From Okamejei kenojei (taxonomy: Eukaryota): 64,000 bases of DNA. Each line of letters opens with the position of its first letter. The stretch's first letter is position 1. Location of the stretch: positions 25,792,001 to 25,856,000 of the forward strand of contig CM069147.1 in assembly GCA_035221665.1 (NCBI GenBank). The letters run 5' to 3'. The position numbers and the translations under genes were made by a program. The notes under the pieces were generated by a model that was given only the letters and a program-made list of their open reading frames with translations, searched no databases and had not been told where the DNA came from. Shown here in pieces: positions 37,100 through 49,100 of this stretch.

Positions 37100-37395
37100 A
37101 TGTGGGGCGGTACAGCGGCACGGTATGTAGAGCCGTTGACTCGCAGCGCCAAATACCTGGGTTCGATCCTGACTTCAGGTGGTGTCTATGTGGAGTGTGC
37201 ACGTTCTCCCGGTGACTGCATGTGTTTTCTTCGGTACGCAGGATTGTAGGTTATTTGGCCACTGTAAATTGTTCCTGGTGGGGTGACATTGGACGAGAAA
37301 GTGGGATAAACATAGAAAGAGTATGAACGGATGAACAATGCACAGCGTGGACTCAGTGAACCATAAGCCTGTTTCCATGCTGCATCTCTAAACAT
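37100..37395 (+). mobile_element. tRNA-derived SINE
   Basis: A-box/B-box-like head (ggcacggtatgtag, gggttcgatcc), conserved body and catctctaaa tail. Confidence 0.7.
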
Positions 37396-38484
37396 TTAGA
37401 AATTATACTTCATGATGAAAATCGGGGTAGGTTAAAATGTCTCCCTTCTGTTCTACTTGAAAATCTATCGATTGCTTCATGGTTGTGGGCAGATAAGCAG
37501 GCGTTATCGTTTTGATGATAGTCCCATGTAAGCCAAGGTAAACTAACTTTTACACAAGACGACAATAATCATATGATATGGAATTAGTCTAATCTTGAGA
37601 TGATATCAGAAATAAGGTCTTGGATTATCTGTTTAGTTTAACTTCGCATCATGTCCGGAGCAGATATACTTGGCCAACAGACCCGTTCCTATGCTATACT
37701 GTCCTGTGTACTTCTCAAAGGCCTTGCTAAAGCCCATTTAGACGACGTCTATGGCCCAAAGAAGAACAAATCTTCTTTGTTGCTTCCTGAAAATACTCTG
37801 GCAAATTCGTCTCCCATGCACAAAGCTTACTATATCCACTGAACGGATACCATTCCAAATACAGGTGTATCTCATCCCTTCACTTCACTCTGATGATTTG
37901 TTCACTGTTCTCCATCCTGATTCGACGAATCAAACGCGAATCCACCTTGGTATTTTACCAAATATACCTGTGTGTGCTTACGTGTGTCCAGTCGTCTCTT
38001 TGTTAATTTGAGCAGTGAGGTGCGGGATTAACAAAAAATATATTGCTGATAGACACAAAATGCGGGGGGGTTAACTCATCGGTTCAGGCAGCATCTCTGG
38101 AGAAAAGGACTATCCTTCACAAGGTATTGCGCACTTTGTCACAAGAACACATGCATACAGAAGGCCGTCACACATGCCCCATCGTTGAAGCTCACTGTGG
38201 CGCAACTCAACTTCTCTTCTGTGCCAGTTTCCAATATCCCTCACTTCTGTGAGTAAGTGAAAAGACTATAATATCAAGTCGTCCACAGTGTACAGATAGA
38301 GGATAAGGCTATACCGTTAAGGATACCATAAAGTCCAGTGAATAAGGTCTCCAATGAGGTGGATGGGAATTCAGGACCGCTCTCTAGTTCACGAGAGAAT
38401 ACTTCAGTTGTCTGATAACAGCTGGGAATAAATTGTCCCTGAATCTGCAGAAATGGATTTTCATACTTCTGTACCTTTTGCCTG

Positions 38485-39445
38485 ATGGAATTGGGCAGTA
38501 TTGTATTGGGTAGGCTAATGGGACCGAAGGATGATAAATCTCCTGGGCCTGATGGTCTGCATCCCTGGGTCCTCAGGGAGGTGGCTCTAGAAATAGTGGA
38601 CGCATCCGTGACCAGTTCCTGTGAATTGGATAGGGTGGGTGAGTGGGCAAATGTTTGGCAGATGCAGTATAATGTGGATAAATGTGAGGTTATCCACTTT
38701 GGTGGCAAAAATAGGAAAGCAGACTATTATCTAAATGGTGGCCGATAAGGAAAAGGGGAGATGCAGCGAGACCTGGGCGTCATGGTACACCATTCATTGG
38801 AAGTAGGCATGCAGGTGCAGCAGGCAGTGAAAAAAGCGAATGGTATGTTAGCATTCATAGCAAAAGGATTTGAGTATAGGAGCAGGGAGGTTCTTCTTCA
38901 GTTGTACACGGTCTTGGTGAGACCACACCTGGAGTATTGCGTACAGTTTTGGTCTCCAAATCTGAGGAAGCACATTATTGCCATAGAGGAAGTGCAGAGA
39001 AGGAACACCAGACTGATTCCTGGGATGTCAGGACTGTCATATGAAGAAAGACTGGATAGACTCGGTTTATACTCTCTAGAATTTAGGAGATTGAGAGGGG
39101 ATCTTATAGAAACTTACAAAATTCTTAAGGGGTTGGACAGGCTAGATGCAGGAAGATTGTTCTCGGTGTTGGGGAAGTCCAGGACAAGGGGCCACAGCTT
39201 AAGGATAAGGGGAAATCCTTTAAGACCCAGAGGGCAGTTGAGGCCAGTTCATTTGCTATATTTAAGAGGGAGTTGGATGTGGCCCTTGTGGCTAAGGGGA
39301 TCAGAGGGTATGGAGAGAAGGCAGTTACGGGATACTGAGTTGGATGATCAGCCATGATCATATTGAATGGCGGTGCAGGCTCGAAGGGCCGAATGGCCTA
39401 CTCCTGCACCCAATTTCTATGTTTCTTTGTTTCTATGTTTCTATG
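38485..39445 (+). mobile_element. CR1 LINE fragment(s)
   Basis: DKSPGPDGLHPWVLREVALEIVD, WQMQYNVDKCEVIHFG and [13 protein letters not shown] motifs; (tttctatg)n tail. Confidence 0.92.
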
Positions 39446-40895
39446 AATTGGAGGATAGCTAATGTTATCCCACTTTTCAAGAAAGGAGTGAGAGAGAAAA
39501 CGGGGAATTACAGACCAGTTAGCCTGACTTCGGTGGTGGGAGAGATGAAGGAGTCAATTATTAAAGAGGTAATAATGGGGCATTTGGATAGCAGTAAAGG
39601 GATTAGTCCAAGTCAACATGGATTTATGAAAGGAAAATCATGCTTGAATAATCTTCTGATTTTTTTTGAAGATGTGACAAGTAAAATGGATGAAGGGGTG
39701 CCAGTGGATGTAGTGTATCTAGACTTTCAGAAAGCCTTTGATAAGGTCCCGCACGAGAGACTGGTGACTAAAATTAGAGCACGTGGTATTGGGGGTAGGG
39801 CGTTGATATGGATAGAAAATTGGTTGGCAGGGCGGAAGCAAAGAGTAGGAGTGAATGGGTCCTTTTCAGAATGCCAGACAGTGTCTAGTGGAGTGCTGCA
39901 AGGCTCGGTGTTGGGGCCGCAACTGTTTACCATATATATTAATGATTTGGAAGAGGGAATTAGGAGCAACACTAGCAAGTTTGCGGATGACACAAAGCTG
40001 GGTGGCAGTGTGAACTGTGAAGAGAATGTTGCAGGGTGACCTGGACAGGTTGAGTGAGTGGGCAGATGCGTGGCAGATGCAATATAATATAGATAAATGT
40101 GAGGTTATCCACTTTGGCGGCAAAAACAAGGGGGAAGATTATTATCTCAATGGGGTTAGGTTAGGTAAGGGGGAGGTGCAGCGAGACCTGGGCGTCCTTG
40201 TACACCGGTCACTGAAAGTTGGCTTACAGGTACAGCTGGCAATGAAGAAAGCTAATGGAATGTTGGCCTTCATAACAAGAGGAGTAAAGAGGTTCTTCTG
40301 CAGTTGTATAGGGCTCTGGTGAGACCACATCTGGAGTATTGTGTACAGTTTTGGTCTCCTAATTTGAGGAAGGACATCCTTGTGATTGAGGCAGTGCAGC
40401 AGGTTCATGAGATTGATCCATGGGATGGCGGGATTGTCATATGAGGAAAGGTTGAAAAGACTAGGCTTGTATTCATTGGAGTTTAGAAGGATGAGGGGGA
40501 TCTTATAGAAACATATAAAATTATAAAAGGACTGGACAAGCTATATGCAGGAAAAATGTTCCCGATGTTGGGCGAGTCCAGAACCAGGGGTCACAGTTTT
40601 AGAATAATGGGGACGTCATTTAATACTAAGGTGAGAAAAAACGTTTTCACCCAGAGAGTTGTGAATTTATGGAATTCCCTGCCACAGAGGGCAGTGGAGG
40701 CCAAATCATTGGATGGATTTGAGAAGGAGTTAGATAGAGTTTTAGAGGCTAGTGGAGTCAAGGGATACGAGGAGAAGGCAGGCACGGGTTATTTATAGGG
40801 GTCGATCAGCCATGATCACAATGAATGGCGGTGCTGGCACGAAGGGCCGACAGGCCTCCTCCTGCACCTATTTTCGATGTTTCTATGTTTCTATG
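39446..40895 (+). mobile_element. CR1 LINE RT region and 3' end
   Basis: NYRPVSLTSVVG, SQHGFMKGKSCL, YLDFQKAFDKVPH, QGSVLGP, KFADDTKL; tail ttctatgtttctatg. Confidence 0.93.
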
Positions 40896-40896
40896 G

Positions 40897-41345
40897 AAGA
40901 GGGGGCGAACTGGATTATGCTGTGGCCTTGCCGAGGTAGAATGAGAAGTGCAGATGGAGTCAATGGAAGAGAGGTTAGCCTACGTGGTAGTCTGGGGTAC
41001 GTCCGCAACTCTGTAATTTCTAGCGGTCTTGGGTGTTGCTGTTTCCAAACCATGCCTTGATGCGTCCCGATAAAATGTTTTCAATGGCGCATCTTTTGAG
41101 GTAGGGCTGTTGGGGACATGCGTAACTGCCCAAGCCTTCTAAGTGAGTAGAGGAATTAGTGTGCTTTCTTTGCCATTGTATCGACGTGGCTGGTCCAGGA
41201 CAAATTGTTGGTGATATGTATTCCTAAACACCTGGAGCTTTCAGCCATCTTTCCTTTAGCAGCAACAATGTATACCAGGGTATGTGCACCGCTTCGCTTG
41301 CCGAAGTCAATCATAACTTCTTTGTCTTGCTTTCATTAAGGGAAC
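40897..41345 (-). mobile_element. Rex1/Babar-type LINE fragment
   Basis: Reverse-complement similarity to 2330-2760. Confidence 0.65.
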
Positions 41346-42699
41346 GGTTATGCCATGATATAAGAAAACGTATCTGTCCAGTGTTCCTTAGTCCTTGTAA
41401 TATACGGATTTCCATGGATTATTGGGATTCAGACATTGATTGACAACTAGCACACAAGGATGTGACAATACTATAGTATAAGCCCTCTAATTCAGGTCAG
41501 CACTTTCAACTACTTTAGGCATTTACTAATCCAGGTCATTACTTTCAACTGTGGCACCCGCCTTGCATATACAATAGCTTGTAGCACCGTGTACGTATAG
41601 GGTATTAGGAACCCGTATTTCTTGTCAGTATATTTCGCAAACGATTATCTTGCCAATGTCATATTCCAAATAGTCACAACCATGCAGTTTATTCTGCTGT
41701 TTTCCATATCCTCCCGTATTTGGAGCAATTGGATTGCTTATGTGAACTGATAACCTGATAGTAATTAATCGCTGAACTTTATTAGCAATCAAACAGTTTT
41801 GCCAAACTATAGAAGCAGGTGTCCGTACAACCACTGTGAATTCTTCATCGACATTTACATAGTTTAACCGGTATACACGCACTCTCCCCTCCGCTTGCAT
41901 CCACTCCCCGACACTAAACTACACTAACCGTGCCTGCATCACTACCGGGACAATCAAGTTATGAAGTATTGGGTCTTGCTTGATTCCCTCCATGTTTAGC
42001 AATTTTTGGCACGTATTTCGGCATTTCCAGCGAGCAGTTTCATCGGTATACGTGTTACGGCGGTGAACGCTATTTCTGCTTGGAAAACCTGCAATAGTCG
42101 GTCCAAAGCCCACCATCTGGGCAACAAATTTCATACTATCTGTTTCACCGTGCCCGCCCACCGCCATCCTCGTCGGTTATGGGTTTATACAAAACCGTTT
42201 GACCAAACCGATGTAACACTGAGAGCTTTTCAGTGGTGGCAAAGCAGAAACGCCGACAACAGAACAAATGCCGCAGGAGCAGCGGTGAAGCAATTTATGG
42301 TGGTTTCCTGTTCAACTCGAAGCAGTTACCCCAGCAATCTCTGTTGAATAGCGAACACCTCCCTCTGTTAAGAACGTTTTATCTACTTATTTGCTGAACT
42401 ATAGACCAATGGATCTCATCTTTTTCATCCTTCTCATCTGAAGTGATTTCTCAGATATTTCTGCTGAAATGACGCAAACATCCGCTATCATTGCACAACA
42501 GTGTTCCGATGTTTTTGCAGAGACTAACTGGGCAAAATGAGGATTTTTTCCTTCATCCTGTGCGAAAAATCTAACTGAATTCAGTATGGAGAGCAGGGGA
42601 ATTTGAAAAATCTGGATTGGTGCTTAAATGTCCTCATCATAGCTTGTGTTATCGTAAGGACTCTCCGATTACTGGGGTGGAAGCGATAAGGTATGAAAT

Positions 42700-43102
42700 G
42701 GGCGGTGCGGGGAGGGGAGGGGGCGGTGGGTCGTGGTCAGGGATGGTAGGGATCCGAAATGATGACGTTGAGATGGCGAATGGGACTGCGAGTGTTGGGG
42801 TTTGTAAAATGAGTGGTTTGATTGGGGAGGCGGGGAGTCAATTTAGCCCAACTAGATGCAAAACGCAGGGTTTTAGAGCTCATCTACGTTTATTTTGTTT
42901 GGTGTATTGCTTTCTCTTCATTCAGTGAAATAGTCCACAGCCGATGGTGCCGCTGTTGACAGCAATGCAAGTAAATGTAAGTCTCGCCACATCGACAAGA
43001 GCCGCGCTGCAGTCACAGAAGAAGGGACGTGCTTCATCGTCTGACAATTCAACCTTCAGAAACGTCTACTGCTCCGCACGCCCTGTGATCACTTGCTGCA
43101 GA
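42700..43102 (+). promoter_or_regulatory. Candidate proximal promoter / 5' UTR of gene 2
   Basis: GC boxes (gggcgg) at ~42700-42726, a gaggcgggg box at ~42827 and a reverse CCAAT (attgg) at 42821, in unique sequence just upstream of the leader exon. Confidence 0.3.
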
Positions 43103-43157
43103 ATGTTGTCCAGCATTGCACTTCGCTGTTTCTCTTTTTGGGGGATAATTTTCACAG
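43103..43157 (+). CDS. Gene 2 exon 1, signal peptide [18 protein letters not shown]
   Basis: 55 nt, CAG|GTACAT donor, phase 1. Confidence 0.8.
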
Positions 43158-46100
43158 GTACATGGCATCCCCATAAACCTTTTATACAGACTAAAACCTA
43201 CATCTATTGAAGAGTTATTTAATGCGTGTCTCTATTTCCATTTGCAATTAGCCCTGCTCCTGCGTTTAACCTTCTGGAGTGAAATATTCCTAATCGGGCC
43301 TGTTTTTCTTTCCTTTAGGGTATGGGAAAACTGCAGACAAAGTAACTCAATTTCCTCAAGCAGTGAATGTCTCGACGGGCCAAAATGCTTTGTTTCACTG
43401 CTCTGTTCCCTTCTTTCGTGAAGGGCCCAGCGTAAGCGTACATTGGTGGAAACAGGGTGAAAATGTTTTTTTCATCCCAGACCCTAACGGGAGAACGGTT
43501 TCCGGCGTCAGCACTAAATTCAGTGGCTTCCTGAAAATAGTCAATGTGAGCCGACAGGATGCCGGAGTGTATTATTGTACCATCACCCGCCGGGGCACTT
43601 TAGTTGGCAACGGAACCGGGTCGACTTTAGTTGTGTTGGGTAAGTATGTTCAAACGCATAAAGAATGCGATTTCGCGACTGTGATATTGCCCTGCAAGTA
43701 CGTGTTTTTTTCCAGATTTCAATCGTTCATACAACCAGATGAATACTATAAATATTGCAATTGATAAATCATACCATAGATGTTCTGCAAGTTAATATGT
43801 ATAAACAATACGTTTTAGCGATATTAATCAAAACATGTCTTATGTATTGGAAGTTTATTTCCACAGCACAGCATAACATTAGTACAATACAGGTAGCATT
43901 GTAGTGCCCGTTGTGAATACGGAAAAGACATGTGCAACTGGCGTAGTGGGTGACCCCATATGATGTACCATTTCGCCTGCGTTAGATCAAGAGGACTGTT
44001 TGTTTTTATATTGGACGTTAGAGTCATTTAATTGTAACCGTGACCTCCACGTGAATAAGTTTGCAAGCGAATGTTGCGAACGAAAAATAGCGAAGAATCG
44101 GAACCCAAATTTCCCTCAGCATTTCAAATGACCTTCATGGTATTCCGGAACTTCCACCCAAAATTCTCATATCACGACTAAATTACATTTTACAGAATTT
44201 TTTATTCACAATGTTTGCAAATGATCGAGGAAATAGTCGGCAGCAGAACATTTACATGTCTGGCATTTATCCGAGACGGCAGTATTACAAGAATGCACCA
44301 TCATGTTGTGGGAACTGTAGATGCTGGTTTAACCGAAGATAGACACAAAATGCTGGCGTCACTCAGCGGGGCAGGCAGCATCTCTGGATAGAACGAATGG
44401 GTGACCGTTCTTCGGACTGTTAGTGGAGACGGAGATACAGAGATTAGAAAATGTATGGTGTGAAAACGAGACAAATGGGATGGCGATCAGGGGAAATGTA
44501 GAATATATCATTGTTAGCTCGGAAAAGGGAACAATAAAGTAAACAGAGATGAAATGTAAACAGTCAGACTAGTCGGAGAATTGGGAGGGGGGGGATGGAG
44601 AGAGAGTGAAGGCAAAGGTTACTTGAAATTAGAGGTCAATATTCATACCGTTGGGGTGTAAGCTGCCCAAGCGATATGCGAGGTGTTGTTCCTCCAATTT
44701 GCGCTGGGACTCACTTTGACAATGGAGGAGGCCCAGGACAAAAAGATCAGTGTGAGAATGGGAGGGGGAGTTAAAGTGTTGGCTAGTGGTGGGATCCCGT
44801 TGGAGGTGGCGAAAATGCCGCAGAATTATGTACTGTATGCGACGGATGATGGGGTGAACGGTGAGGACCAGGGGGACTATGTCTCTGTTGCGACTGGGGG
44901 GAGGGAGAGCAAGAGCGGAGCTGCGGGATATCGAGGAGACCCCAGTGAGGGCATCGTATATGATGGAAAGGGCCAACCCCTGTTTCCTATTGAATGAAGA
45001 CATCTCAGATGTCCTGGTATGGAACACCTCATCTTGGGCGCAAAAGCGGCGGAGACAGAGGAATTGGGAGCTGGGGAAGAGTCTCCACTCTTCCCCTGGG
45101 TGGGATATACATTTACCATCATGTTTTTCTTTACTAGACAGCACGAGTAAACGTTATCTCTGATTTAAATTCGGGTATAAAGGTTCCGTTTACATTATTA
45201 TAAAAGCACAATGAACGCGCGAATCCGCCTCACATTAACCATTCACATTCCGCGCACTCATTTTCTACTATTATAAACATATCACTAACCTTCATTCCCT
45301 AGTTCCGCCAACTCCATTGAAAATTTACTCTGGAATTCCCGAGAAGACGGAATCCTTCGTTATTCTCTGCGCGACATCTCCCTTTTACCCAAAGAATATC
45401 AGCTTCATCTGGTATCAAGATGGCAAAAAAACTACAACGGATTTAGATAATAGCAACAAGCCCACCACAGATGGATTGTATGAAGCTTCCAGCCGATTAA
45501 AAGTGACACAGCATGTCCCGAGCGGCACCGTTTACACCTGCCTTGTGAATCATGTAACCCACCGTGTTCCTGCAGCAGCCACTTACGTTGTCATCAACTC
45601 CGACACAGGTAAGACTGCGTATCTCTATTACCATAGAAAGATACGCGAAGTTGGAGATTTCACAAAATGTTGCATGATAGGAATTACCGTTAGTCCTGGC
45701 CTGAAACTTGCAACCTTGAAGATCCGTATATTATAATCACATCCGCTAGATTTCCCTGTGGCTGCAAATGTTGTAATCACGAACGCGCAAAATTGTCTTT
45801 TGACAAATTAATTGGGAGCTGCTACCTCCAGCATGTCAGGCGCTGCACTGCGAATCTCAAGAAAGCTATTCCCACAAATCTCATCGATACGGTATAACCG
45901 CTGGTTTTCCCTTCTCTTCAGCAGAAATTGCCTCAGTAAAACATCTCCCATGACAAACTGCCCTTCATTTCGGCCCAAACGAGAAGACCCCAAACTTCTC
46001 CCAACTCTTCACTGAACCGGCCACAACGATCTCGTCTATCATGCTCGCAAACAACCTGTGCACAGACCTAAATAAAAAGTAATGTTTTTCAAGCATTGTC

Positions 46101-49100
46101 CACGGCATCGCGTCCTTTTGGATCCACTGCTTCCATGAGGCGCAAAGTTCCAAGAACTGCCTTAAATCTTTTATCAGCGTACCGGAATTGTGTAATATGT
46201 TTTCCAGATTACAGTATGCTTCCACATTCCTCAAAATATAAGCATGTCTCTGTATGTTTCAACTTACATCTGAACATTTACATCATACGTTTTAAAATAC
46301 AATTGATTCGAGTCAGCTAATTTCTGCAGTATAGAAACATAGAAACATAGAAATTAGGCGCAGGAGCAGGTCATTCGGCCCTTCGAGCCTGCACCGTCAA
46401 TATGATCATGGCTGATCATCCTACTCAGTATCATGTGCCTGCCTTCTCTCCATAGCCCCTGATCCCTTCAGCCACAAGGGCCACATCCAACTCCCTCTTA
46501 AAATGTGGCCAACGAACTGGCCTCAACTACCTTCTGTGGCAGAGAATTCCACAGATTCACCACTCTCTGTGTGAAAAACGATTTTCTCTTCTCAACGACC
46601 TCCTCGCGTCTACTGGTATATCAACGACCTCCTCGCGTCTACTATTATTTTGTGTTTCGTGACAGCACTCCCCTAACAAACACACGAATATTTCCCGGCC
46701 ACCGCGTGGGACAATTGTTTGATTCTAAAATTTCCCGTGATCCCGTTGTCCGACTAACATATCTCGCTCTGCCATTCTGCCTCTACGACCAGGTAAGTCA
46801 GCGCAGAGGTGTAAGGTGTAAGATGTTCCCTGAACATGACATAACTAGTCAGGATTTTCCAACTATTTGAACCTTGAAATAAAGTAACACACTAAAAATA
46901 TACTAATTGAAATTCCTGAATTTTAATGCTGTGAATCGGACCGCCGGTTTGCTCTCTCCGATTTAATCTGAAGTATGAACTAAATATTATCGCTGATATT
47001 GGCGTTTCCTTTTAACAAGGAAAAAGCAGATACTCTGGGTTTTTTTAAGCTATTTTTTCTTGTAAAGTATGAAAACTATGCTTAGTTTCACAAAACGAGG
47101 CCTAAAAGCCAGTTTAATTTGTTTGACATATAATATAGAACAGTACACAAAGGATCAGACTGTTCGTGCCGTACATGATGCAAGTTAAAATAATTTCCAC
47201 TCCCTATAAGTCATCTATTTCCTTCCACACTTTGCGTGTCGTTGTTCCTCCACAAAAGACTCATAAAGCCCACATTCGGTTCTGCCTCCAACATCACCAC
47301 CCCTGGCAACTTTTTTCCCGGCACACACCACTCTCCACACATCTCTGATCTTAAAGTCATGCCCGCGATTATTTCATATTTTTTCCCTGGGAAAAGGTTT
47401 TTAACCATATATCCTGACTATGCCACTCATAATTGTAAGTACTTATGTCTCCCGATGGCCTAGCAAAAAAAGAATTCAAGGTTGTCCAAGCTCTCTTGAT
47501 GACCAATATCCTATAATCCAGTTGGCACTCTATGAGGGTTATGGAGCATGGATACAGGCCTTTCTGCTCAACATGCCTATGCCGACCTAGTTGCCCCATC
47601 TACATGTCCCACTTGCCTACGTTTATCCCTTATCCCTCTAAATCTTTCCTATACATGTACCTGTCCAAATGTCTTTTAACTATTGTTTTCATAAATCTGT
47701 TCTGCGCCCTATCAAAAGTCTCCACATTCTTGCCGTAATGGAGCGACCAGAACGGCACATAACATTCCAAACGCGGCCGAACCAAAGTTTTATAAAGTTG
47801 CAACATGGTTGCCACTCACCAGATGGCTCTTGTACACCACATGGCTCTTGTGCTACGACTGATGATGGCAAATATACTATATGCATTATTTTCCACGCTA
47901 CCAATTTGTGTTACCATTCTCAAGGGACTGTGTTCCTAGACCTATGAATCAAGGTCTTGAAATTTACGGTACACTAACATTCGACTTCCGTAGCACAACA
48001 GCACACACTTACTTTGATTGAACTGCATCTACCATTTCTTCGCCCATATATTATACCATTCACTGTTTAGACTGGGATTGTCATAATGTTAAGGACATTG
48101 ATCAGCTGGAATTGGTCAAATATGTTCAACACAGTATCCTTAGCCAATACGTGTATGGCCCTATAATGGAGAGGACAACCCTCGACTTCATCTTGGGAAA
48201 TTGGCAATGACTGAAGATGGTTATCAACAATTGCAACTGTATGTTGATCTGTTGAGCAGGTAGGTTGAGGAATGGTTAATGGAGTTAAATACAGATAAGT
48301 GCGAGGTGTTGCATTTTCTCAAGGTCAAACAAGGAATAGCAGGGCACCTAGGAGTGTTGGCAATCAGCGGGATCTGGGAGTGCATGTACATAGTTCCTTG
48401 AAACTGGTGTTACTGGTGTGTCTGCACAAAAAGGCTTGCGGCGCATTGGCCTTCGTCATTACGAATATTGAGTATAGAAGTTACGATGTCATATTACAGT
48501 TGTACAGGATATTGATGAGGCTACATTTGGAGTATTATGTTCAGGTTTGGCCAGTATGATCGAGGAAATAAGCTGTTAAACTGGGAAGGGTGCAGAGAAG
48601 AGCATTCCCAGGACTCGAGGGCCTGAGCAATAGGGAGAGATTGAGCAGAAAACACTTTATTCTTTGGACTGCAGGGGAATGAGATAAACAGGAGCAGCAA
48701 ACGTACAGATTATTTTGCCCAGAGTAGGGGAATGAAAAACCAGAGGACAATGTTTTCAGATGAGGGGGGGGGGGGGGAGATTTAATCTGCCTGAGGGACA
48801 AATTTTTTTACACAAATTGTGGTGAGTATATGGAACGATCTGTCAGGGGAGATAGTTGAGCCAGGCGCCATAACAACGTTTAAAAGACATTTGGACTGGT
48901 GCATGGATAGGATAGCTTTAGAAGGTAATGTGCCGAATGCAGGCAAAGGGGCCTAGTGTAGATGGGGGATGTTGGGCTGTATGGTAAAATTGGGCCGAAG
49001 GGCCTGTTTCTACACTGAATGACACTTTGACTCCATAAATGCTGGTGGGGGAATGTTTAGGGACCAATGACTACAGTTCTATTTGGCTGGAAAATAGTTA

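Noticed and set aside
22560-37395. tRNA genes at the B-box-like motifs near 22585 and 37160
   Set aside because: There is no cloverleaf; each motif is followed by a shared SINE body and tail.
41480-42630. Possible decayed DNA transposon upstream of gene 2
   Set aside because: Only weak terminal similarity and no convincing transposase motif.
46505-46870. Extra exon in gene 2 intron 3 (strong CAG|GTAAGT near 46793)
   Set aside because: The frame starts in antisense CR1, encodes no Ig or stalk-like sequence, and has no counterpart in gene 1.
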